Assembly (NCBI GenBank): GCA_035374585.1
Contig: DAOSPF010000006.1
Span: forward strand, 5,408 to 69,407
DNA from: Bacteroidales bacterium
Lineage (GTDB): Bacteria; Bacteroidota; Bacteroidia; Bacteroidales; DTGW01
DNA: 64,000 nt
Reading direction: 5' to 3'
Below, piece by piece: positions 55,318 through 64,000 of the stretch. The translations under genes were made by a program, and so were the position numbers. The notes under the pieces are model-generated. The model saw only the letters and a program-made list of their open reading frames with translations, had not been told where the DNA came from and did not search any database. The first letter of the stretch is position 1. Every line of letters starts with the position of its first letter.

Positions 55318-56844
55318 TTAAAGTTCGCAATATAAACCATCGTCTGAAAGGTTCTTACATGGATATCGCCAGGTGTTATTGTTCCCCATCAGTTCGTCTG
55401 CGACTTTTGGGCCCCAGGTGCCGGCCGGATAGCCATATAGCTTGATGTCGCAATTGGTTTCCCAGGCTTTCAAGATTGGGTCAACAAATTCCCATGCTGC
55501 TTCAACAGCATCGCCTCGCGAGAATAACGAAGCATCGCCAATCATGCAGTCGTGGATAAGCCTTTCGTACGAGCCCAGAACAAATGAGTTGTCGCTACTG
55601 GCATATTTAAACTCAAGGTTGGCTTGCTTTACATTAAAGCCGGTTCCTGGTTCTTTCATGCCAAACTTCATCAGAATGCCTTCGTCTGGCTGGATACGGA
55701 TGATGAGCATATTTCCGGCCTGCGTTTTTTCTATCTCTTTAAGCAGATGAGGATGAGGCGTAGGCTTGAAATGGATTACAATTTCTGTAACTCTTGTCGG
55801 GAGCTTTTTACCTGTTCGTATGTAGAATGGAACACCGCCCCAGCGCCAATTGTCTATGAAAAATTTAATGGCAACATACGTTTCGGTACGCGATTGGGGG
55901 TTTACATCTGGTTCTTCTTTGTATCCGGGAACACTAACACCTTTTATTACCGAAGCTGTATATTGGCCACGAATGACGTTTTTCATTATATCTTTTTCAG
56001 TCATAGGCCGCAAAGACTGAAAAACTTTCAGAAATTCGTTACGAATGGCAGTAGGGGTAATGACTGTAGGTGGTTCCATAGCAGTGAGTGCCACTAATTG
56101 CAAGAGGTGGTTTTGCAGCATGTCGCGCAAAGCACCGCTTTTGTCGTAATAACCACCACGGCCTTCGACGCCAACACTTTCAGCAGAAGTTATTTCCACC
56201 CTGTCAATATAGTTGCGGTTCCACAGGGGTTCAAAAAAGCCATTGAAAAACCTTGTTACCAGTATGTTTTGAGCTGTTTCTTTGCCTAAATAGTGGTCTA
56301 TTCGGTATAGCTGGTCTTCGCTGAAATTGTCCAGAAGCTTTTTGTTCAGCGCTTTTGCTGTTTCGAGGTTATAGCCAAATGGTTTTTCAACTATCAGTCG
56401 TTTCCAGCCATCTGTGCCGCAATAGCCACACATGCCAGCTTTGTTGAGGTTGTCGGCTATTATACCATATAAGGCAGGCGGTGTGGACAGGTAGTAAATG
56501 TAGTTGCCTTTTGTGCCGTACATTTCATCTAAAGAGGCAAGGCGGTTTTTGAGCAACATGAAACTTTCAAATTGTTGAGGATCGGCCGAGAGAAAATAAA
56601 TATTTTCAACAAAATCAGCTATTTTATCGTCCCGGGTAATTTCTTTCCGGCCAAATTGCCTGATCCCTTCTTTTATTTTATTGCGAAAAGATGTGTCGTC
56701 AAGGGCTGATCGTCCCATGCCCAGTACTGCAAAGCGTTGCGGGAGCATTTCCTGGTGCCGGAGTTCGTATAAGGCTGGCATCAACTTGCGCCAGGTAAGG
56801 TCGCCGGATGCGCCAAAGATGACTAGTATATGGTTTTCGGGCAT
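55318..56844 (-). CDS. zwf: glucose-6-phosphate 1-dehydrogenase
   Basis: 508 aa. IFGASGDLTWRKL, RIDHYLGKE, EKPFG. Confidence 0.96.
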   Translation of the reverse strand: MPENHILVIFGASGDLTWRKLMPALYELRHQEMLPQRFAVLGMGRSALDDTSFRNKIKEGIRQFGRKEITRDDKIADFVENIYFLSADPQQFESFMLLKNRLASLDEMYGTKGNYIYYLSTPPALYGIIADNLNKAGMCGYCGTDGWKRLIVEKPFGYNLETAKALNKKLLDNFSEDQLYRIDHYLGKETAQNILVTRFFNGFFEPLWNRNYIDRVEITSAESVGVEGRGGYYDKSGALRDMLQNHLLQLVALTAMEPPTVITPTAIRNEFLKVFQSLRPMTEKDIMKNVIRGQYTASVIKGVSVPGYKEEPDVNPQSRTETYVAIKFFIDNWRWGGVPFYIRTGKKLPTRVTEIVIHFKPTPHPHLLKEIEKTQAGNMLIIRIQPDEGILMKFGMKEPGTGFNVKQANLEFKYASSDNSFVLGSYERLIHDCMIGDASLFSRGDAVEAAWEFVDPILKAWETNCDIKLYGYPAGTWGPKVADELMGNNNTWRYPCKNLSDDGLYCEL

Positions 56845-56851
56845 AGCGGTG

Positions 56852-57748
56852 TTATTTTTGTTTTACTTCATGGCCTCCAAATTGATTGCGCATAGCAGCT
56901 ACCAGTTTCATGGCAAACGAGTCGTCCTGGCGGGAAGCAAAGCGGGTAAAAAGCGAAGCAGTAATGACATGTGCAGGCACGGAAAGCTCAACTGCTGCAT
57001 CTACTGTCCAACGGGCTTCGCCACTATCAGCTACATAAGGTTTCAGCTTATCAAGCCTGGGGTCTTCATTTAGGGCATTGCCAATGAGTTCGAGCAGCCA
57101 GCTACGGACCACGCTGCCATGCATCCAGAGGTCTGCTACCTTGTTGAGCTCAGTTCCGAAACCAGATTTTTCGAGTATTTCAAAACCTTCGGCATAGGCT
57201 TGCATCATGCCATATTCAATACCGTTGTGTATCATCTTGGTAAAGTGGCCGCTGCCAATGGCTCCACAGTATAAATGCCCCCCAGGTTCAGTCAAAGCAT
57301 CGAATATTGGGGTTAATGAGTTGCAAACTTCTTTGCTGCCTCCATACATTAGACAATATCCGTTTTGTAACCCCCAAACACCGCCGCTTGTACCTGAGTC
57401 AACATATTCAATGCCTTTTTCTTTGAGCCATGCAGCCCTGCGTTGTGTATCTTTCCAATTGGAATTTCCACCGTCAATGATAACTGCGCCTTTTCCAACA
57501 AGCGTGCTCAATAGTTCAAGGTTGTCGTCCACTGGTTTGCCCGATGGAACCATAAGCCATACGATTTTTTTTTCGGGCAGGGCCTGGATCATGGAAGGTA
57601 TATCTTTTGCACCTGTGGCGCCTTTACTTTCAACTAATTTTACTGCGTCTGCGTTTGGATCCCAGGCTACTACTTCCTGTCCTTTGATTAATAAGCGCTG
57701 TACCATGTTGGCGCCCATTTTCCCTAATCCTATAAATCCTATTTTCAT
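56852..57748 (-). CDS. gnd: 6-phosphogluconate dehydrogenase (decarboxylating), short ~300-aa form
   Basis: MKIGFIGLGKMGANMVQRL Rossmann motif and GHFTKMIHNGIEYG. Confidence 0.92.
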   Translation of the reverse strand: MKIGFIGLGKMGANMVQRLLIKGQEVVAWDPNADAVKLVESKGATGAKDIPSMIQALPEKKIVWLMVPSGKPVDDNLELLSTLVGKGAVIIDGGNSNWKDTQRRAAWLKEKGIEYVDSGTSGGVWGLQNGYCLMYGGSKEVCNSLTPIFDALTEPGGHLYCGAIGSGHFTKMIHNGIEYGMMQAYAEGFEILEKSGFGTELNKVADLWMHGSVVRSWLLELIGNALNEDPRLDKLKPYVADSGEARWTVDAAVELSVPAHVITASLFTRFASRQDDSFAMKLVAAMRNQFGGHEVKQK

Positions 57749-58110
57749 TAGCTTGATTTTTTATTTTTATTTATAAACAATACAATCATTAAAAATGTTG
57801 AATCTTTAATGGTTGCAGAAAAAGAAAAGATAGTAAAAAGTCGGATGTTACGCAATAGAAAAATGGCAATATTTATGGTACTATTAATACAAAAGCGTTT
57901 TCACAGCTGTCTAAAATAATTTAAAATCAAAGATACAATAATTGAATTTCAATACTTTAAGTGTTAGTAAGAACAATTTTCAAAATGAAAACTATTTTGA
58001 GAACAGAAATAGTTGTATTACTTCTTTCTTTTTTAGCCGGATATAAATTTTTTTAGTTATTTTTATATACATATCGTGTTAACGCATTTTGTTTATTATT
58101 TCACTTTTTC

Positions 58111-60302
58111 ATGTTTCAAAAATTGAATAAGATAGTTAGGCAAGGTTTGGGCACAAAATATATCTTGATGTTAAGAATGGGTTGGATAAAGAAGTGTATT
58201 AGTTTCAATGAACAACTCACGGTTGACAAGCGGATTGCAAATCAGGTAGTGGCTATACTTGCTGTTACTGCTTTATTTTCTGGAATTTTAAATATAATGA
58301 TGGGCTTCCCGTGGTGGTTTACGGTGTTAATATTGGGGGCTATTGTTTTATCGGTACTTTATATCGCCCTGTCTGTCATTAAAACTAAATTTGTAATTCC
58401 CAAAGCGGCTCTTATTGTTGCATTATATGTTGTAGTTATATTGTTGTGGCTATATAATCCTGGTTTAAGCAAGGCTCCGGTGATTTTATCTTTTGCTATT
58501 ATTGTTTTTAGTATTGCTATTTATGTTAAAAATTTTGTTCTTCTTTTTCTTTTAAACTTTATAATCGTTACATCATTAGTTGTTATAGGAGTTTTGTTCC
58601 CGCCATTATTTTCTTTTTCTTACAAAAATGAGATACATCGGGTTGTAGATGTTTTAGGCTCTTATTTTTTGCTTGGGATGTCTGTAGTTTTAATCCTTAG
58701 GTCAATTATAAACAGCTACATAAAGGCAAAAAATGATTCGGAACAACAAAAATGCCAGCTTGAGGCAGCTAATACCCAACTGCAAATCTTGAATGAAAAG
58801 TTGAGGGCTATCAATAATGAGCTTGTCGATGCAAGGGCAAAGTTATTGGAAAATGAAGAAAAGTTGCAGACCATTTTTAATAACCTGCATTTACTTATAT
58901 GTATTGTTGATTTGAAAACTTCGGGCTTTGTTAATATAAATCCTGAGTTTACCGACATTCTGGGTTATTCGCATGAAGAATTACTCAACAGGCCTTTCTA
59001 TGATTTTATACATCCCGATGACAGGCAGAAAACGGCTTTTGTAATAGAAGACGTACTGCTTAAGGGGAAAATGGTAATTTCTTTTACCAATCGTTATCAA
59101 TCTAAGGGGGGGGCTTATCGCTGGTTTAACTGGAATGCATTCCCTGCGCTGGAAAAAGGAATTGCTTATGCAGTGGCAATTGACATTACTGATTTGATGA
59201 AAACCGAGCAAGCCCTTAAAGAAAGCAATGAACTGCTGACGTTGTTTATCAAAAATTCGCCCATATATGCTTTTATTAAAGATGTCAAGAAAAAGAAAGC
59301 CGGGTTATTTTTGCCAGTGACAATTTTATTGACATGATTGGTGTCAATGGGGCTGATATGGTGGGTAAAACTATGGAAGAATTGTTTCCCTTTGAGTTTG
59401 CCCGCAAAATATCTATGGACGACTGGATGGTGGTACAGTCAAATCAGGTTATCAACGTGGATGAAAATCTGAATGACCGGAATTATACTACTTTCAAATA
59501 TCCTATTTTGTTAGGAGAAAGAAACCTGCTTGCCGGCTATACCATTGAAATAACCGAAAGGATTAAAGCCGAGCATTTAATTAATGAACAGAATGCAGAA
59601 CTTAAAAAACTAAATGCCGATAAAGACCGCTTTATTTCTATCCTTGCTCATGACCTTAAAAACCCTTTCAATGCACTTCTCGGATTGTCAGATCTTATTT
59701 TGAAAAATATAGATACTTATAATATTGATAGAACCAAGTCTTTGATTGTTTATATTAACCAAATTGCACAGAATACCTATGATTTACTTAATGACCTGCT
59801 GGCCTGGTCTAAAAATCAGGCAGGCATGTTGCCTTTTATGCCCGAAAAGATTTTGCTTGCAGATATTTGCAACGAAATTATTGATAATTACAAAATATCA
59901 TTTGAAACAAAAGAGATTGTAGCAGAATATGCCGGAGATTGCGGCATTTACGTTTATGCAGATGTTTTTATGCTCAAAACTATTGTCCGCAACTTACTTG
60001 CTAATGCTATTAAGTTTACCAATAAAGGGGGGCATATTAACATAAAGACTGAAATAAAAGATAAAGAAGCCTTAATTACTATTTCAGATAACGGTATAGG
60101 CATAAGTAGTGAAAATATGGCAAAGCTTTGGGGGCAATCTTGCCAGTTTTCTACGGTCGGGACCGCCAAAGAAGAAGGTACTGGATTTGGGCTGCTTTTA
60201 TGTAAAGATTTTGTTGAAAAGCACGGTGGTAAAATCATCGTCAAAAGTGAAGTTGGCAAAGGGAGCGATTTTCAGTTCAACATCCCTTTATATATTGAAT
60301 GA
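58111..60302 (+). pseudogene. membrane PAS-PAS sensor histidine kinase interrupted by a frameshift in an A-rich run (~59287..59298)
   Basis: ORF 58111..59337 ends in the middle of a PAS domain (...IKNSPIYAFIKDVKKKK). The -1 frame is open from 59280 and continues ...ESRVIFASDNFIDMIGVNGADMVGKTMEELFP through the H-box (LAHDLKNPFN) and HATPase_c. Confidence 0.75.
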
Positions 60303-60376
60303 TAAAATTCTAAGGTGAGAATTTCATAAATATGCGAAATATTCCTATTTTCGCTTAAACGATAAACTAAACAAGC

Positions 60377-60838
60377 ATGATGGAAGATAATTCACAAATT
60401 ATAGAAACGGTTGTTGCCGGGGAGAAAAAACTGGAGTTGAACGAAGAAGCCTTGAACGAGCTCACCCAAATTCGCAAATGGGCTATGTTTTTCTCTGTTT
60501 TGGGCTTTATATTTATTGCATTGATGGTATTTGCCGGATTAATCATGGCTGCCTTGTCGTCAGGCTTAGCAGGTGCAGGTTTGGGCAAATTGCCAATGGT
60601 ATTTGTTGGGATTTTATATCTTGCATTAGGTATTATCTACATTCTTCCGGTTATCTATTTATATAGATTCTCGGTAGATGCCAAAATTGCAATTGAAAGT
60701 AAAGATGCTATACTTATTGCCTCAGCGCTGAAAAGCCTGAAAAAACATTTCAGGTTTATTGGAGTGTTTACTATTGTTATTTTTAGTATATATGTTCTTG
60801 CTATTATCGGGTTTGCTATTGGTCGTATGATTGGTTGA
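60377..60838 (+). CDS. DUF5362-like membrane protein
   Basis: 153 aa. Charged N-terminus, then 4 TM helices. A terminator follows. Confidence 0.55.
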   Translation: MMEDNSQIIETVVAGEKKLELNEEALNELTQIRKWAMFFSVLGFIFIALMVFAGLIMAALSSGLAGAGLGKLPMVFVGILYLALGIIYILPVIYLYRFSVDAKIAIESKDAILIASALKSLKKHFRFIGVFTIVIFSIYVLAIIGFAIGRMIG

Positions 60839-60861
60839 ACCGAAAATATTGGTTATATCTC

Positions 60862-60905
60862 ATGCCTGTTGAGTAAAGAAGCCTTTATCAACAGGCATTT
60901 TGTTG
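60862..60905 (+). terminator. intrinsic terminator
   Basis: ATGCCTGTTG...CAACAGGCAT 10-bp stem followed by TTTTG. Confidence 0.65.
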
Positions 60906-60939
60906 TATTGCTGAGCTTAATGTTTACCTCCCCAAAAAA

Positions 60940-61326
60940 TTGTATCTTTGCTCGATATTTTACTGCAACAAATTGAAAGGGATACGAAGATATAAATTAT
61001 TGATTGTGAGCTTTTTTGCTGTGGTGCTGTTGTTTTTTGTTCAGCAATATACTGCATCAGCGACTATCGCAGAAAATTATAACAACCCTGTTACATATAC
61101 ATTAAAGAGTGCCCCGATTTTCATCGCTTCTGGCAACAGCTTTTCCTCGCCGACAGAAAGAGTGGGGCATCACCTGATGGCATTGAAGAAGATGCCTTTG
61201 TTTAACCTTTGTTTTAAGCCTGTTGATGTTTTTTCAAATTTAATAACACGTTTCATTTTTCTTCAAAAGTCATCATTAGCCTCAGTTCCTTCAAAACTGG
61301 AGCTGCATTGTATCTTACGTATTTGA
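60940..61326 (+). CDS. hypothetical ORF (weak)
   Basis: 128-codon ORF with a non-ATG start and one hydrophobic segment. I recognise no family, so it may be non-coding. Confidence 0.2.
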   Translation: MYLCSIFYCNKLKGIRRYKLLIVSFFAVVLLFFVQQYTASATIAENYNNPVTYTLKSAPIFIASGNSFSSPTERVGHHLMALKKMPLFNLCFKPVDVFSNLITRFIFLQKSSLASVPSKLELHCILRI

Positions 61327-61516
61327 GATTTTCCAAACTATTTTCATTGTAAAGCTGGTCAATATTTGTGTTTTAATCGCAAATATTAGTAGCTCTTTTC
61401 CCCATGAATATTATTCTTGGTAAAAGCAACTTATCAAATCTTGGTTCTATCCTGTTTAATCGTGATAGGTTTTGGAATTGAATAGGTTATTGTAAAATTT
61501 TTTAAAAAGTGAAATT

Positions 61517-61669
61517 ATGGAAACAAATCTCAATAATAATGTTGAAAATACTAATGAAAATGAAAAACCAAAAGGCTTTTGGGCAAGTGGCTGGGCTTTT
61601 TTAGTGTTTTTTGCCGGCCTTATTGTCTTGGTGGTTGCAATCTCGTATCTTATCAAGTGGTTTATATAA
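61517..61669 (+). CDS. small (50 aa) membrane protein, not in ORF track
   Basis: METNLNNNVENTNENEKPKGFWASGWAFLVFFAGLIVLVVAISYLIKWFI. It has one TM helix, and a clean terminator follows 10 nt later. Confidence 0.5.
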   Translation: METNLNNNVENTNENEKPKGFWASGWAFLVFFAGLIVLVVAISYLIKWFI

Positions 61670-61679
61670 CATCGAAAAG

Positions 61680-61703
61680 TCCCGCCAAGTGCGGGATTTT
61701 TTA
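61680..61703 (+). terminator. intrinsic terminator
   Basis: TCCCGC-CAAGT-GCGGGA followed by TTTTTTA. Confidence 0.75.
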
Positions 61704-61775
61704 TTTAACTTTTAATTTGACATTTTGTTGTATTTGCTTCACTCAGAGAAAAGTGTTAACTTGAGAGAAAAATTC

Positions 61776-64000
61776 ATGATGAAGGTCTTTTGGATATTTT
61801 TTTTCACTTTTGTTTTTGTTTTAAGCATTTTCGCCCAGGAAAAAAAGACCTTGGAAGCTTTAAAAATATCTAACCCATTAACCATTGATGGCATTTTAGA
61901 TGAACCTTTTTACTCGCAAATAGCTCCGGCAAAGGATTTTGTCCAGCTCCAGCCATACAACGGGAAACCTTCCTTTCAACCTACTGAGGTATATATTTTT
62001 TACGACCAGGATGCCGTGTATGTTGGGGCAATGCTTTATGACAGCAGTCCCGACAGCATCTTTAATTACCTTTCGGAACGCGATAATATTGGAATGTCTG
62101 ATTATTTTGGCATTTACCTTGACCCATACAACCAGGGACAGGTAGCTTATGGTTTTTTTATTACCCCTGCTGGCGTACAAACTGATTTGAAAGCTGTTAA
62201 AAGTGATTATGATTATGAAGACAGCAACTGGAATGCTGTTTGGGAAAGCATGACCCGAATGACAGATAAAGGTTGGGCCCTGGAATTGCGGATACCTTAT
62301 TCAGCCCTTCGTTTCTCGGGCTCTGTCGAAAATGTTTGGGGCCTGAATATGTTCCGAAATATCAGGCGTTATAGCTCAAACAACTCGTGGAATTTTGTTG
62401 ACCGTAATGTAAATGGCTTTATCCATCAACAAGGACAACTTATTGGAATTAACGATATTAAACCTCCTGTAAGATTATCGTTAAGCCCTTATGTGGCATC
62501 GTATTTTGAACGAAAGAAAGATGGAAAGGTTGATTTTCTTTACAAAGGGGGAATGGATTTGAAATATGGAATTAGCGAAAGTGTTACCTTAGATATGATG
62601 CTTATACCTGATTTTGGCCAGGTACAATCGGATGACAAGAAGCTTAACCTTTCTCCGTATGAAATGTATTATGACGAAAAACGCCAGTTTTTTACCGAAG
62701 GTACCGAAATGTTTCAAAAGGGAAGCGTTTTCTATTCAAGGCGCATTGGGGCAAGCCCAAAGTTTAATGCTGAAGATATGAAGGAATCTAATGAGGTGGT
62801 AGATTTTAAACCTAATGAAACACAATTATATAATGCAACCAAGATCTCGGGCAGGTCAAAAAATGGATTTGGCATAGGCTTCCTTAATGCCGTTTCGGTT
62901 GAATCGCGTGCTACAATGAAAGATACTATTTCTGGAGAAACCCGCGATGTTGTGGTGCAACCTGTTACAAATTACAATGTTACTGTCATAGACCAATCTC
63001 TCAAAAATAACTCATATATAAGCCTTATCAATACTAATGTTAAGATGGCGGATAATCCGTTTTATGCCAATGTTACGGCTACAGAATTTAATATCAGGGA
63101 TAAATCCAAGACTTTTTCCCTTAAAGGAAAAGGTGGCCTTAGTGTCAGGGATAATAGCTCTAAAGAAGATGGCTTCTTTACCAACCTCGGATTGGAAAAA
63201 AACAAAGGAAAGTGGCAATATGCAGTTACCCAGTATATCTATTCTGACAAATATAACCCTAATGATTTAGGGTACCTGCAAAAAAATAACCAGATAATTA
63301 GTGAAGCCTGGGTGTATTTTCAGAATATAGAGCCTTTTGGGATTGTTCGTGAATACAATTGGAATTTGTGGTATGACTATGTTAGGGTTTTTAACCCTAA
63401 TACTTTTTGTTACCATCAGGGTGGAGGCTATATGAATGTAACTTTTACCAATAACTATTCTTTTAATTTTAATAGCGCTTTGGTTTCCGAACAGTTTAAT
63501 TACGATGAGCCCCGCGTGAAAGGCCGTTTTTATCATACCCCCCCTTATTATTACTACAATTTTAACTTAAATACAGATGACCGAAAACTTCTGAGTTTTT
63601 ATTTTCACTACGGGCATACTGATGAGCCCTTTGACCAATATTTTGCAGATTTTGGCGATTTTCAGGCTAATATGCGTATCGGGCAACGGGCAAGTGTTTA
63701 TTATGGGCTTGGGGTTAACCTTGTTGCCAATGTTCACGGTTATGTTGACCATTATGCCAATGACGACTCTATTGTATTTGCCAGGCGTGATGTAAATACC
63801 ATTACCAATGTGTTGTCTTGCTCGTATGTATTGAACAATAAAATGAGCGTAAACTGTAGGGCCCGTCATTATTGGTCCGGGGCTAAAAATAAAATGTTTT
63901 ATTTGTTGATGGATGATGGAAGTTTGGCTTTTAATCCTTCCTATACAAAAAACAAAGACAAAAATTACAACACGTTTACTGTTGATATGAACTTCCGGTG
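61776..64000 (+). CDS. DUF5916 / CBM9-like domain outer-membrane-associated protein (runs off window end)
   Basis: ATG at 61776, open to the window end. MMKVFWIFFFTFVFVLSIFAQ signal, then ...LTIDGILDEPFY...DYFGIYLDPYNQGQ...LDMMLIPDFGQVQSDDKKLNLSPYEMYYDEKRQFFTEG. It is absent from the ORF track because it is truncated. Confidence 0.85.
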   Translation, partial: MMKVFWIFFFTFVFVLSIFAQEKKTLEALKISNPLTIDGILDEPFYSQIAPAKDFVQLQPYNGKPSFQPTEVYIFYDQDAVYVGAMLYDSSPDSIFNYLSERDNIGMSDYFGIYLDPYNQGQVAYGFFITPAGVQTDLKAVKSDYDYEDSNWNAVWESMTRMTDKGWALELRIPYSALRFSGSVENVWGLNMFRNIRRYSSNNSWNFVDRNVNGFIHQQGQLIGINDIKPPVRLSLSPYVASYFERKKDGKVDFLYKGGMDLKYGISESVTLDMMLIPDFGQVQSDDKKLNLSPYEMYYDEKRQFFTEGTEMFQKGSVFYSRRIGASPKFNAEDMKESNEVVDFKPNETQLYNATKISGRSKNGFGIGFLNAVSVESRATMKDTISGETRDVVVQPVTNYNVTVIDQSLKNNSYISLINTNVKMADNPFYANVTATEFNIRDKSKTFSLKGKGGLSVRDNSSKEDGFFTNLGLEKNKGKWQYAVTQYIYSDKYNPNDLGYLQKNNQIISEAWVYFQNIEPFGIVREYNWNLWYDYVRVFNPNTFCYHQGGGYMNVTFTNNYSFNFNSALVSEQFNYDEPRVKGRFYHTPPYYYYNFNLNTDDRKLLSFYFHYGHTDEPFDQYFADFGDFQANMRIGQRASVYYGLGVNLVANVHGYVDHYANDDSIVFARRDVNTITNVLSCSYVLNNKMSVNCRARHYWSGAKNKMFYLLMDDGSLAFNPSYTKNKDKNYNTFTVDMNFR

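Noticed and set aside
57938-57954. 17-mer ATAATTGAATTTCAATA, containing the palindrome ATTGAA-T-TTCAAT, shared between the gnd/HK spacer and the right inverted-repeat arm (41417..41433).
   Set aside because: My rough estimate is that one such AT-rich 17-mer coincidence is plausible in this window. The flanking sequence shows no further similarity.
59287-59298. Programmed -1 ribosomal frameshift at G AAA AAG in the PAS kinase.
   Set aside because: The heptamer lacks the first A of the canonical A AAA AAG. I see no obvious downstream stimulatory structure. A homopolymer error or a real mutation is more parsimonious. It is kept only as a minor alternative in the finding.
61456-61656. 66-aa minus-strand ORF from the track.
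   Set aside because: It overlaps a plus-strand small membrane-protein ORF that has a proper ATG and a terminator. The minus-strand product has no features of its own.
1-64000. CRISPR arrays, tRNA or rRNA genes, transposases, integrases, prophage or conjugative genes.
   Set aside because: I saw no regularly spaced direct repeats, no cloverleaf-like or rRNA-like sequence, and no recombinase or transposase motifs in any listed ORF. The repeats found are hairpin or inverted types, not CRISPR-like.

Overview
The window reads as a chromosomal segment of a Bacteroidota genome. Support: two proteins with T9SS C-terminal sorting domains, TAnnTTTG-type -7 promoter boxes, A-rich leaders without Shine-Dalgarno, and DUF5916, OmpH and GH43 genes. 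I recognised no rRNA, tRNA, CRISPR array, transposase or integrase.

Layout:
- 1..11.5 kb, minus strand: a fluoride-response region with two separate promoter plus fluoride (crcB-motif) riboswitch modules. The first heads a tightly packed nine-gene operon: crcB, DUF190, a cation/proton antiporter, USP, CYTH, an NBD-only Hsp70, a soluble P-type-ATPase-like HAD protein and two truncated MutS-like ATPases. Enolase follows. The second riboswitch sits in front of a small ORF and an MFS transporter.
- 11.5..23 kb, minus strand: a thiol and metalloid redox island. It holds ArsR, three CxxC thioredoxin-fold proteins, a CcdA/ArsG-like protein, an ArsP-like permease, a DGC protein, a porin and a ProC-like reductase, followed by marR-cysK-MATE-gshF.
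- 23..33 kb: iron homeostasis genes (Fur family, ferritin, porin, FeoAB, FeoB-associated Cys-rich peptide, a CDF-like transporter), interrupted by an AT-rich AAA ATPase gene and a hemerythrin/LuxR pair.
- 33..37 kb: arfB, hrpB and an esterase.
- 37..41.5 kb: a 1144-aa T9SS surface protein gene bracketed by roughly 235-bp inverted repeats.
- 41.5..64 kb: housekeeping and envelope genes (ybaK, nudC, Spy-like, OmpH, a two-component system, GH43, pgl-zwf-gnd). This stretch also has a second AT-rich T9SS gene next to a GH3 gene relic, a frameshifted PAS histidine kinase, and a DUF5916/CBM9 gene that runs off the window end.

The most interesting items are the fluoride riboswitch operon with uncharacterised ATPase and phosphatase cargo, the duplicated promoter-aptamer module, and the long structured inverted repeats around the T9SS gene.

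All calls come from reading motifs by eye. No database or covariance-model search was run.
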